30,767 nt of DNA from a virus (IMGVR_UViG_3300020045_002281:1-30767), one strand, 5' to 3'; shown: positions 1 to 8,332, numbered from the stretch's first letter. Translations and numbers: made by a program. Notes: generated from the sequence alone by a model not told the origin.

Positions 1-2
1 CC

Positions 3-770
3 ATCAGTATCAAAGCCGACAATCTCAAGCCATAGTTTGCGCTCAATCATAATGCACCATCCACTGAAATGCCTGCCACATTCAAAGCCTAGCTGATTAT
101 CCAGTATGCCCTTTTGCCTTACATCAGTTGGCTCATGTGGGCTAACTACAGGATTGTCAGCAGCAAGTAGGTTATGTAGCCAGCCATTGGTAAACTCTAG
201 GTCATTATTGGCTATCATAATCCACTCAGCAGTACCCATTGCAGCGCCGTCATTGGCAAACTTATTGTAATTAAACTTTTCGCGAGTATAGACGGTCTTA
301 GCATCATGGTACTGCCCTACACCGCCCTCAATGACAATGATGTTGATAGGCAAGCCATTAGCACCATCTAAAGCAGTATCAATAGCCTTTTGGGTCATTT
401 GACTGTCGCGGTAGCTCTTTATCTTGCTCAGTATGATTAGGTCTAGCACTGGCTTACCTTGGCGCTGCTTTGCCCGGTTGTATTTCCATGCTTGGGTTTC
501 GGTAGTCTCAGCATTGTAGTCATAGTAGTAAAGCACCTTATCTATTTTGTGTTCAGTCTTTAAATGCGGCAGTAATACCTTGCCATAGCCTGCATCCTCA
601 CCATAAAGTAGGTGTGGAAAGCTAGACTTAAGCGACACAGCGCGCTTTACGCAGCAAATATGGTTAGGGATGCGAAAGTAACCATCTTTATGGTTGTAAT
701 CACGCCTATGGTCCTTAGAATAGTCACAAATCTTTGCCGGCTGGCGCTGGCTGGCAGGCGTAAGCAACAT
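3..770 (-). CDS. GT2-like glycosyltransferase, open at the window edge and probably N-terminally truncated (not in ORF track)
   Basis: Manual translation from ATG 770 is open to the edge: MLLTPASQRQPAKICDYSKD...YFRIPNHICCVKR...YGEDAGYGKVLLPHLKTEHKIDKVLYYYDY (C-terminal half of a GT-A fold), then a second GT2-like domain (LDLIILSK...NIIVIEG...FNYNKFANDGA...WIMIANNDLEF...GWCIMIERKLWLEIVGFD). Confidence 0.75.
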   Translation of the reverse strand, partial: MLLTPASQRQPAKICDYSKDHRRDYNHKDGYFRIPNHICCVKRAVSLKSSFPHLLYGEDAGYGKVLLPHLKTEHKIDKVLYYYDYNAETTETQAWKYNRAKQRQGKPVLDLIILSKIKSYRDSQMTQKAIDTALDGANGLPINIIVIEGGVGQYHDAKTVYTREKFNYNKFANDGAAMGTAEWIMIANNDLEFTNGWLHNLLAADNPVVSPHEPTDVRQKGILDNQLGFECGRHFSGWCIMIERKLWLEIVGFDTD

Positions 771-778
771 GATATAAT
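770..778 (+). promoter_or_regulatory. Extended -10 promoter for the glycosyltransferase operon
   Basis: TGATATAAT (TGn-TATAAT), followed by AT-rich DNA and a GGAG Shine-Dalgarno before ATG 806. Confidence 0.55.
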
Positions 779-805
779 TATTTTAAATAAAAGAATTGGA
801 GTAGC

Positions 806-2188
806 ATGGATGTCTTAATAAATGGTGAGCAGTACGTTAAAGCAAACACTAAGCCCTACTCAATAGGCATTGGTATAACAACACATAACCGTAACCCAAT
901 GGTACGCGACACGGTAGCCAAGCTGCAGCAGCACACACCAGGTGCAAAGATAGTTGTTGTTGATGATGCCAGCCAGATGCCGGTTAAGATCAATGGCGTG
1001 CAGGTCTATAGGTTCAATGAAAATGTAGGCATTGCCCGTGCTAAAAACAAATGCCTTGAGTTACTAAGCGACTGTGACCACCTGTTTTTGTTTGATGATG
1101 ATACTTACCCTATAGCAGATGATTGGTATAAGCCTTACGTTGAAAGCCCTGAGCATCACTTGATGTATCTGTTTACCAGCTGGGCAAATGGTACGCCGGT
1201 TGGTGACGATGCAATACTGTACCAGGATAGCCAGCATAGGGCGCACCAACATGCCAGGGGCTGCATGATGTACGTTGATAGCGTGGCATTGGCTACTGTA
1301 GGCGGCATGGATGTGCGGTATGGCAAGGCTATGAATGAACACCTTGACTGGTCAATACGCATTCACAATGCCGGTCTTACTACCTTTAGATATATGGACG
1401 TTGCAGATAGTGAACAACTTATTTATTCAATGGACCAGCACCAAGAAGCCCGTACCAGTATAGAGAATAGGCAGCAATATAATGAGGGTAACAAGCACCT
1501 ATTGGCTGAGGCTGAGGGGTCTGCTGCATTCATGCCCTATGGCAAAGATGTGGTGATTGCCTGCTACTTTGCCAATGTGTTTGATGTGCAGCGTGATACC
1601 ACATGGAAGCCTGAGCTTGATGCTATTGAAAAGCTTAAGCAATCAGTTGAGGCACATGGTGTTGAGTTTGTGCTAATCCATAACTGCTTTGACCTGCCTA
1701 ATAAGGTAGACATCACAACTACCCCATACTTTGAACGCTGGCTTAAAGAATGGCAGTATTTGCGTGACCGGCGCGACATTAACAATGTATTTGTGGTAGA
1801 TGCCACTGATGTTGATATGGTGAACAATCCATTTGCTCACCTTGAGCCAAGCAAGCTATATGTTGGTGATGAGCCAGGTAACACACTCAATAGCCGGTGG
1901 ATGGTTACCAGACACCTTGAGCCAAGCGTTAATAGATACCTAAGAGACAATGGCGCATTGCCATTGCTCAACTGTGGCGTTGTTGGTGGCAGCCGTAAGA
2001 TGGTTATGGACTTATGCCGCGAAATGTACAGCTATCATGTTAATAACCCTCAAGACCTTACTGAAATGGGCATATTCAATAAGCTTGTATACACCAAGTA
2101 TGCTGACGTTGTTGAGTATGGCAGGCATGTAACATCACTATTTAAGAAATTTGAGGTAAAAACAGATGCTTGGTTTAGACACAAGTAA
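806..2188 (+). CDS. Two-domain glycosyltransferase (N-terminal GT2 plus C-terminal GT-A-like domain)
   Basis: IGITTHNR, IVVVDDAS, NVGIARAKNKCL, LFLFDDDTYP (DxD), GGMD..YG; second domain with FVVDATDV and LLNCGVVGG. Confidence 0.85.
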   Translation: MDVLINGEQYVKANTKPYSIGIGITTHNRNPMVRDTVAKLQQHTPGAKIVVVDDASQMPVKINGVQVYRFNENVGIARAKNKCLELLSDCDHLFLFDDDTYPIADDWYKPYVESPEHHLMYLFTSWANGTPVGDDAILYQDSQHRAHQHARGCMMYVDSVALATVGGMDVRYGKAMNEHLDWSIRIHNAGLTTFRYMDVADSEQLIYSMDQHQEARTSIENRQQYNEGNKHLLAEAEGSAAFMPYGKDVVIACYFANVFDVQRDTTWKPELDAIEKLKQSVEAHGVEFVLIHNCFDLPNKVDITTTPYFERWLKEWQYLRDRRDINNVFVVDATDVDMVNNPFAHLEPSKLYVGDEPGNTLNSRWMVTRHLEPSVNRYLRDNGALPLLNCGVVGGSRKMVMDLCREMYSYHVNNPQDLTEMGIFNKLVYTKYADVVEYGRHVTSLFKKFEVKTDAWFRHK

Positions 2189-2828
2189 AACAATCAATGC
2201 GTATTGGTGGAGACCACGCACTGGACCGCACAACTTTGGTGATGAGCTTGGTGCTATCATCTTGCGTAAGCTAGGCTTCAAGGTGCGCCGCACATCGTTT
2301 ATTAAGGCTGAATACCTGCTGACCGGCACAGTGCTTGACCCTGCTGAAATAAAAAACCCTAATGCCGTTGTTATAGGCTCTGGTTCTGGGTATACCCATG
2401 ATGCTGAACACAACTTTAAAGTATTAGCGGTACGCGGCAAGCTTACTGCAGACTGCCTTAAGGTAGATGCACCACTTGGTGACTTGGGGCTATTAGCCAG
2501 CCGTATATGGGTTAAGCAGCCAGCACAGTACAATATCGGCGTTGTGCGGCACTATGTTGACCAGGATGAGTACCCGTTTGCTGACATCGTTATTGATGCG
2601 ACTGAGCCAGCAGAAGAGGTGATTAAGAAAATCAGCAGCTGTAGGGTTATTATGTCAAGCTCACTGCACGGTATCATCATTGCTGATAGCTACGGCATAC
2701 CAAATATGCGTATTGCCAGGGATGATGTAATTACTGGTGATTGGAAGTGGCTGGATCATAAAAGCGCTCTAGTGAAGCCGTTGAATGATGTGCAAGATGG
2801 GCTAATAGAGGCATTGCGGCAGATATGA
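2166..2828 (+). CDS. Polysaccharide pyruvyl transferase-like (ExoV-like) protein
   Basis: HNFGDEL, LAVRGKLT, LGDLGLL, SSSLHGIIIADSYGIP motifs. Confidence 0.75.
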   Translation: MLGLDTSKTINAYWWRPRTGPHNFGDELGAIILRKLGFKVRRTSFIKAEYLLTGTVLDPAEIKNPNAVVIGSGSGYTHDAEHNFKVLAVRGKLTADCLKVDAPLGDLGLLASRIWVKQPAQYNIGVVRHYVDQDEYPFADIVIDATEPAEEVIKKISSCRVIMSSSLHGIIIADSYGIPNMRIARDDVITGDWKWLDHKSALVKPLNDVQDGLIEALRQI

Positions 2829-3466
2829 GAATATCAATAACCATAATGGCACACCCTAAGCGCCGTAAGCAGGCTGAGGCTCTATTAGTGCAGCTGGCAC
2901 AGTACCCTTTCATACAGTGCTATATAACTTGGGATGAGGTAGGCGTTGAATGGCATACCGGCAAGAGGGCATTGCAAAAGGGAATTGGCATAGCTGATTG
3001 GCATGTAGTCATTCAGGATGATGCGCTGCTGACACCAGACTTTTACGCTAACATTGAGGGCGCTATAAAAGCCCTGCCGGTCAAAACACTGTTTTCACTA
3101 TATACCGGTACAGCAAGACCGCTGCAGCGCCGTGTTAGTGACGCTGTGGCAAAATGCCGTGATGGTGAGTGGCTGCAGTCACATCAGCTGTATTGGGGCG
3201 TAGGCATCGTTATACCATCGGACCATATAGCACCAATGCTTGAATTTGTTGAGCCTATTGAGCTGCAGTATGACAATAAGGTGGGTGAGTTCTATTGCCA
3301 GAATGGGTTGCCGGTGTATTACTGCATTCCTAGCCTGGTCAACCATGATGATGATTTGGGTACGCTTTTAGCCGGTCACGGCAAAGATGTAAGCCCTGAG
3401 CCGCGTGTTGCCCATAGGCTTGCTACTGGACCGGTTACTTGGACCAGCAAAACACACTACATCTAA
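2825..3466 (+). CDS. Phage glycosyltransferase-like protein (GT-A fold)
   Basis: IMAHPKR, WHVVIQDDALL (xDD motif), SLYTG, PSLVNHDD; ATGA overlap with the previous gene. Confidence 0.65.
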   Translation: MRISITIMAHPKRRKQAEALLVQLAQYPFIQCYITWDEVGVEWHTGKRALQKGIGIADWHVVIQDDALLTPDFYANIEGAIKALPVKTLFSLYTGTARPLQRRVSDAVAKCRDGEWLQSHQLYWGVGIVIPSDHIAPMLEFVEPIELQYDNKVGEFYCQNGLPVYYCIPSLVNHDDDLGTLLAGHGKDVSPEPRVAHRLATGPVTWTSKTHYI

Positions 3467-3470
3467 CAAC

Positions 3471-3512
3471 CACAAAAGCCGCGCCAGATGCCTCACGCGG
3501 CTTTTGTGTTTT
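3471..3512. terminator. Bidirectional intrinsic terminator between convergent gene blocks
   Basis: CACAAAAGCCGCG-N12-CGCGGCTTTTGTG perfect 13-bp stem with A/T tracts on both sides. Confidence 0.8.
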
Positions 3513-3587
3513 AAACTGCACCTCACGTGCAATTGCTGGGCTGATGCTCATAACCACTTTGGCTGACACCCAGCATATTTTACGACA

Positions 3588-4109
3588 TTAAGATTTTTTG
3601 CCAAACAGGGGTTCAAGTACCTTTGCCGCCTCTGTTTTTTCGGCTTTTTTCTTACATTGATAGCAAGTTGCCGGATCGTGGTGGTGAGCGCGTGCTGATA
3701 CTTTTGCCAGGCACTCAGAATGGTATAGTTTTATTTCACTGCACCACAATGGCGTTTTTGGCGCACCATCCCAGCCAGCGTTGCTGTGATTGACCTGCTT
3801 GCCTTTACGACTTGGACCACCACACTCAGCACACCGCGTAAATAAGCGCCTGCGCCATTTGTATAGTATGGTTGGTGATATTTGCCAATGATGGATATGC
3901 CAAGCCCATGAGCGTGTGAAGCGCACAAAATTACCCTCATCGTCATAAATCTTGTTTTTGCATACAGTCAGCGCGTCTTTGTTGCCTGGCTCAATATGCC
4001 ATATTTCAATTATTGAGTTATGGACACGGTGTTTAGTGCCATTGGCAAACTTAAGTGTTCGCCAGAATGGTGATTTTACTCTAAATGCTAATACTTCTGG
4101 GCTGTGCAT
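3588..4109 (-). CDS. Hypothetical phage protein, Cys/His-rich (probable Zn binding)
   Basis: 173-aa ORF; WHIHHWQI, CAECGG, CYQC; GAGG RBS. Confidence 0.7.
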   Translation of the reverse strand: MHSPEVLAFRVKSPFWRTLKFANGTKHRVHNSIIEIWHIEPGNKDALTVCKNKIYDDEGNFVRFTRSWAWHIHHWQISPTILYKWRRRLFTRCAECGGPSRKGKQVNHSNAGWDGAPKTPLWCSEIKLYHSECLAKVSARAHHHDPATCYQCKKKAEKTEAAKVLEPLFGKKS

Positions 4110-4118
4110 GTTATTACC

Positions 4119-4337
4119 TCATCTATTCCTATATTGTTTTTCAAGTTCAGCGCCAACAGTGCCTGGTGGGTATGGTGTCTTGCCCTCACTAAAGCCGTAA
4201 TCTGGCTTTTTGGCAGGTTGATATACAAACCAGATAAACTGCCCATCATACGCCCATTGCGGCGCACCAGGATGCTTGCGTAAAGCTTCTGGCGTACTCA
4301 GCTGGGCGTATAGGCTCATTGGTGGGAAGTCGTACAT
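4119..4337 (-). CDS. Hypothetical protein
   Basis: 72-aa ORF tightly packed in the operon. Confidence 0.6.
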   Translation of the reverse strand: MYDFPPMSLYAQLSTPEALRKHPGAPQWAYDGQFIWFVYQPAKKPDYGFSEGKTPYPPGTVGAELEKQYRNR

Positions 4338-4338
4338 A

Positions 4339-4473
4339 TTAGGCGTGCCAATAATGATTAGGTGATAGTGTGTAGTAAATTGCCGGTAGCCATAATACTA
4401 AGCCGCCAAACAATGCCCATAGTATGACACTGTGACCTTTTTGTATTCTGCTATAGTTTGCTTGCTTATTCAT
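4339..4473 (-). CDS. Small membrane protein (44 aa)
   Basis: ATG 4473 after a GGAG-containing RBS; MNKQANYSRIQKGHSVILWALFGGLVLWLPAIYYTLSPNHYWHA has one hydrophobic segment. Confidence 0.6.
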   Translation of the reverse strand: MNKQANYSRIQKGHSVILWALFGGLVLWLPAIYYTLSPNHYWHA

Positions 4474-4475
4474 CG

Positions 4476-4994
4476 TTAAAATTCTCCCTCTTTGATTATT
4501 AGCGGTATTTGATATGTCCATGAATGGGTATCTTGAGCGCGTGGTATCGGGTCTGCACCGTTAATGCTGATTGTGCCAACATCCAGGGCTTTTAGTTCAT
4601 CCAAACGCTCTATCCATTCCGGTATTAGCTTAAGTAGCCTAATGCAGCGCCCACGATCCGCCGCGTCACTTGGTGCTTGGCTGCCAAATGGACCGCCTTT
4701 TTTAACACCAGTGAAATACGCGCACATTGTCTCAGATGATATGCCGGTGTCACCACTCAGCGCCCATGCCAATGCACGTTTTTGTATGCTGCCGGTTGGT
4801 AACGGGTCTAAGCCACGCTTCAAGTATGCCATTGCTACTTTATAGGCAGTTGTTTTACCTGCAGCCTTTGGGGTAGGGTAGTGTAGCACAAAATCCTTTT
4901 CAGGGTTTTCAGTAATAAACTTAATTAGATTGACTTGGTACTCTGTGAGCTTTATGCCAAAATACTGCTCTGCAAAGCGCTCAATGTCATTCAT
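4476..4994 (-). CDS. Hypothetical phage protein, apparent two-module fusion
   Basis: N-terminal FAEQYFGIKLTEYQ...AAGKTT; C-terminal GDTGISSETM...PSDAADRGRCIRLLKLIPEW. Confidence 0.7.
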   Translation of the reverse strand: MNDIERFAEQYFGIKLTEYQVNLIKFITENPEKDFVLHYPTPKAAGKTTAYKVAMAYLKRGLDPLPTGSIQKRALAWALSGDTGISSETMCAYFTGVKKGGPFGSQAPSDAADRGRCIRLLKLIPEWIERLDELKALDVGTISINGADPIPRAQDTHSWTYQIPLIIKEGEF

Positions 4995-5527
4995 CAGATC
5001 AGCCTACTCTGCTGCGCTGCAGCTGCGTTTACTGAGTAATTAGGGCGGATGCCAACCGGCTTGCCGTCAATGTCAAAATACTCAAAGCTTGTTTGCATAG
5101 TATCTTCACCGCGACAGACTTGCCCAAAGTTCACCAGCTCATCAGACTTGCTGACAATGCTGTTATTGCGGACCAGGACATAGGCAGCCAATTGCTTTTC
5201 ACCACGTAAGAATGCCCAGCCGTTGCGTGTGATGCCCCAGCGCCCACGTATTTCTTTGCCATCATCGTCTAGCTGCTTAAAGATCAGCCCGTGTAATCGT
5301 AAATGGCTAAACCAGTTGTATTGCTTAAATTCGCTAGGCTCTGTGAAATCACGCACCATAAAGTCATTCTGCATGGTGGTCATTACGTGACCGGCGGCGC
5401 GTTTCAACATCTTAATCATCTGTTTATTAAGTAGCTCTTTGCGTGCCTGTGGTATACGTTGCCCACAGTGGTCACATTTTTCAATCTTGTTTGCCGGACT
5501 TGCTGCCGGTGGTATTACTTGTGGCAT
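4994..5527 (-). CDS. Hypothetical protein (CxxC followed by a possible winged helix)
   Basis: 177-aa ORF; CDHCGQ, LRLHGLI...WGITRNGWAFL. Confidence 0.65.
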   Translation of the reverse strand: MPQVIPPAASPANKIEKCDHCGQRIPQARKELLNKQMIKMLKRAAGHVMTTMQNDFMVRDFTEPSEFKQYNWFSHLRLHGLIFKQLDDDGKEIRGRWGITRNGWAFLRGEKQLAAYVLVRNNSIVSKSDELVNFGQVCRGEDTMQTSFEYFDIDGKPVGIRPNYSVNAAAAQQSRLI

Positions 5528-5529
5528 TT

Positions 5530-5904
5530 CTATAAACTCCTAATCTCTTTTTTAAGTTTGACCCTATCAGCGGTTGAGCTAACAAATTCATCTTTTAGCA
5601 GGCTGTAAGGTGTGCGGTATTCACCGTCTTTTTTAGTCTCTTCATCAATTACCTCTTGGTAGGCATCAGGTGTGGCGTATTTAAGCCCACCATCGTCAAC
5701 AAACGGTATTTCAGCGTATTCAACACGCTCAACATGTTCAGCAATTTGGTCTTTATCCATAGTGCCTTTGGACCAGCGCCCATAGCGCCAGCTGGCATAC
5801 TCACTTGCATGGGTAGCCCAAGACTTATAGTTGTTGCCTACGATGATCTTCACACCGTCTTTGAATATAATTTGGTACGTGCCGCGCTTTACGTTTTTAC
5901 CCAT
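5530..5904 (-). CDS. Hypothetical protein
   Basis: ORF; likely start ATG 5904 (MGKNVKR) just after the previous stop. Confidence 0.6.
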   Translation of the reverse strand: MGKNVKRGTYQIIFKDGVKIIVGNNYKSWATHASEYASWRYGRWSKGTMDKDQIAEHVERVEYAEIPFVDDGGLKYATPDAYQEVIDEETKKDGEYRTPYSLLKDEFVSSTADRVKLKKEIRSL

Positions 5905-5905
5905 A

Positions 5906-6121
5906 TCAGTCCACAATCTTTCGTGTTAGCGTTTGAAAATCTTTAGTAAGCTCATCAGCCTGCACGTAGAATGCAGCCAGCTTTTCAGATAGCTCTTTAT
6001 CCTCTGCCACAATAGCAACCTTAACGCCATCTTTGAGGTAGTGCGACACTTTCATTAAGTCGCTCTCAATCATGGTTAGGTATTTTGGCATTATGGCAAT
6101 AGCATCGTCTTTTTTACTCAT
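5906..6121 (-). CDS. Hypothetical protein
   Basis: 71-aa ORF with GGAG RBS and TAATG overlap. Confidence 0.6.
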   Translation of the reverse strand: MSKKDDAIAIMPKYLTMIESDLMKVSHYLKDGVKVAIVAEDKELSEKLAAFYVQADELTKDFQTLTRKIVD

Positions 6122-6216
6122 TACTTAATACTCCGTATAAAGTCAGTTATCTTAAACCACACTCTATCAAACAGCATTTGAGCTTTCCACATCCAATAGC
6201 CAACCTTACGCATCAT
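6121..6216 (-). CDS. Small hypothetical protein (31 aa)
   Basis: MMRKVGYWMWKAQMLFDRVWFKITDFIRSIK fills the gap between neighbours. Confidence 0.4.
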   Translation of the reverse strand: MMRKVGYWMWKAQMLFDRVWFKITDFIRSIK

Positions 6217-6463
6217 GGTTGCACCTGACGTAAATATTGCTTTTCCATAGGGCTTGCTTGCGGTTGCTGTCAATACGGCTGATGATGCCACGCTTGGCTG
6301 TACGCTTGAATACGCCACCTAGTGCTGTGTAATCGTTTAAGCCATAGCCAGCGCTCTCTAAAAAGATAATGAGAATGTCACCAACAATATACTGGTTATC
6401 ACGTGCCAGGGCTTCTACAAGCCTATCAGCGGCATCACGCCATGCTTGGCTTTTACCGTCCAT
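6206..6463 (-). CDS. Hypothetical protein, possibly DNA-binding
   Basis: ATG 6463 after GGAGGG; ALGGVFKRTAKRGII motif. Confidence 0.6.
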   Translation of the reverse strand: MDGKSQAWRDAADRLVEALARDNQYIVGDILIIFLESAGYGLNDYTALGGVFKRTAKRGIISRIDSNRKQALWKSNIYVRCNHDA

Positions 6464-6815
6464 CTGGCAGACCCTCCGCAAGTTTAATGACTGCATCAAC
6501 ATCATCACCAAATTTTACAGTGAGTAGTGTTTTGCCATTCCAATCACTATCATCAACCCAAAATGCTGCCACTTTGCCGTCAATCATGTCTTGCTTGCAC
6601 CATTCGCTATTTAGCTGATTATCACATGGCTCAATAACGTGCAGATCAAACGGCACTACTAAATCAATGGTACGCTCAACATATTCTGGGTATACCGTGC
6701 CTGCATTATGCTCATAAGGTGCATCATCCCAGTCATCACCCCACTGTTTGCCGTTTTCACCAACATACAGCCGGACCAGGTTACCTTTACGTTCAATATC
6801 AATAATCTGGTTCAT
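6453..6815 (-). CDS. Hypothetical phage protein
   Basis: WGDDWDDAPYEHNAG motif seen in small phage proteins. Confidence 0.7.
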   Translation of the reverse strand: MNQIIDIERKGNLVRLYVGENGKQWGDDWDDAPYEHNAGTVYPEYVERTIDLVVPFDLHVIEPCDNQLNSEWCKQDMIDGKVAAFWVDDSDWNGKTLLTVKFGDDVDAVIKLAEGLPDGR

Positions 6816-7093
6816 TCTATATCATCCTGTTGGCGGCGCACGCTGCCCTGCCATAGCACTTTGTTATCTTTGACGATCCTGCCGGACAGTATGTTTGTTG
6901 CTGGGTTTAAGTTCAGCTCAACATCATCAAATGGTGGCAACTTCTTAATCTCTTCAACCTTTGCCTCAAGACCGGCGGCTAGGGCTTTCATGGCGTTGCC
7001 AAATGAGCCAATAAAGGCAATCAATAGGACCGGTGACAAAATACCACCTACTATAGCCAGAGTGATTAGGAATGCTTGTAGTGCAGCATCCAT
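6812..7093 (-). CDS. Membrane-anchored hypothetical protein
   Basis: N-terminal hydrophobic helix FLITLAIVGGILSPVLLIAFIG. Confidence 0.6.
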   Translation of the reverse strand: MDAALQAFLITLAIVGGILSPVLLIAFIGSFGNAMKALAAGLEAKVEEIKKLPPFDDVELNLNPATNILSGRIVKDNKVLWQGSVRRQQDDIE

Positions 7094-7094
7094 A

Positions 7095-7331
7095 TTACTT
7101 TTTACCTTTCGGCTTCGTTACGGTTGGTGCTTTGGCATCATCCATCAGGCGGCGTACAACTAGCTCAACCTGATCCATGTCTACTTTGGGCTTATTGTTA
7201 ATGTTTTCAGCTATGTGCAATAGGCTGCAGGCAATGCTATCAAGTGAATGTGCTTGGCTAGACACTGAGTTGCGGCTGCTTAAAGCAATGTTTAATGATT
7301 TACGTGCCTGTTCTAATGGACTAGTTGCCAT
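7095..7331 (-). CDS. Hypothetical protein
   Basis: 78-aa ORF with GAGGAG RBS. Confidence 0.6.
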   Translation of the reverse strand: MATSPLEQARKSLNIALSSRNSVSSQAHSLDSIACSLLHIAENINNKPKVDMDQVELVVRRLMDDAKAPTVTKPKGKK

Positions 7332-7494
7332 AACGTGCTAACTCCTCTTCTGTGGCTAGTGCCAGTAAATATGCTTCATCGCCGGTGTGTAGGTAGCCAT
7401 CAATAGCGGTTAGGTTGCTCTTAATCAATGGGTACTGAACACCGTTATGCTGGACCACAAGCCTGCCGTCAATTACTTTGCCTGAAATGCCCAT
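7321..7494 (-). CDS. Small hypothetical protein (57 aa, not in ORF track)
   Basis: Manual translation MGISGKVIDGRLVVQHNGVQYPLIKSNLTAIDGYLHTGDEAYLLALATEEELARYGN; GGGAG RBS; fills an operon gap. Confidence 0.6.
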   Translation of the reverse strand: MGISGKVIDGRLVVQHNGVQYPLIKSNLTAIDGYLHTGDEAYLLALATEEELARYGN

Positions 7495-7495
7495 G

Positions 7496-7765
7496 TTACT
7501 TACTCCCTTTTTTGAGCTGCCTAAATGCAGCGTTTAGTGCCGCATCCTCTTTGAGTAGCACGCGGCGGTTTTTAATATCAGTTGCGCTGGTCACGTTTGC
7601 ATCTGCAAGTAGTTTGACCAGCCTGGTTGCTTTGAAATAGCCAATACCCATAGCGCGGCTCAAATGTGCTGGGTATGGGTTGCCACTTCGGACCGTATGA
7701 ATTACAGCCTGGGTGACATCCTGTTTGTTAAGCTTCTTGCCAAATAAATCTCTATAAGCTTTCAT
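7496..7765 (-). CDS. Stand-alone FtsK gamma-domain-like winged-helix protein
   Basis: PAHLSRAMGIGYFKATRLVKLLADANV...RRVLL resembles the FtsK-gamma pattern SxLQRxLxIGYNRAARLIDxLExxG...REVL. Confidence 0.6.
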   Translation of the reverse strand: MKAYRDLFGKKLNKQDVTQAVIHTVRSGNPYPAHLSRAMGIGYFKATRLVKLLADANVTSATDIKNRRVLLKEDAALNAAFRQLKKGSK

Positions 7766-7883
7766 TGGTTGCCCTATCTAAAAATGTTGGATCAGTCAAT
7801 GCTTCTAGCTTAATCGTCAGCTCTCGCAAATGCTGACGATTTTCGCGCCATTGCTTGAACAACTTTTTTATTCGGGCAGCCAT
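7752..7883 (-). CDS. Small hypothetical protein (43 aa)
   Basis: ATG 7883 downstream of GGAGG; MAARIKKLFKQW... Confidence 0.5.
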   Translation of the reverse strand: MAARIKKLFKQWRENRQHLRELTIKLEALTDPTFLDRATNESL

Positions 7884-7884
7884 A

Positions 7885-8271
7885 TTAGTCTTTGACCTCC
7901 ACCTTTTTATCAGTTGATTGTGCTTTTTTTGGCTTGACTGTTTGTATATCATCTTCAATGAATGCAGCAGCCAATTCACCGGCAGGCGCATTAAGCATAT
8001 CGTCTAACTCATCGTCAGACAGCTCAGGCTTTTCAGTTGTTATTGATGTGGTTGGCTCATCTTTAACGCCAATCAAGCGTGCAACCTCTTTATTTGCCTT
8101 GCGGTAAATCTCAGCGCTGCCGGTCATTTTCTTATAATCCTTGTCACTCAGACCAACTAAGTAGTCAAGCACTGAATTATAATTTACTGGATCTTCCGGC
8201 TGCATAGCTGCTGGTATTTCGGGCAAAACCTTTGGTTTGCTTTCACCTTTAAATTTGTCTAGTAATCCCAC
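7885..8271 (-). CDS. Hypothetical acidic protein, first gene of an early operon
   Basis: 128-aa ORF with GTG start, GGAGGG RBS and an upstream sigma70 promoter. Confidence 0.65.
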   Translation of the reverse strand: MGLLDKFKGESKPKVLPEIPAAMQPEDPVNYNSVLDYLVGLSDKDYKKMTGSAEIYRKANKEVARLIGVKDEPTTSITTEKPELSDDELDDMLNAPAGELAAAFIEDDIQTVKPKKAQSTDKKVEVKD

Positions 8272-8303
8272 AACTTCCCTCCAATTCGTTTGTTGTTATG
8301 TCT

Positions 8304-8332
8304 ATATTATTAAACTCCCTACAGTTTGTCAA
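8304..8332 (-). promoter_or_regulatory. Sigma70-type promoter
   Basis: TTGACA-17 nt-TAATAT on the minus strand. Confidence 0.7.

Noticed and set aside
612-818. 68-aa + strand ORF
   Set aside because: Antisense to the GT-like ORF, spans the suspected junction and promoter, and has no motif.
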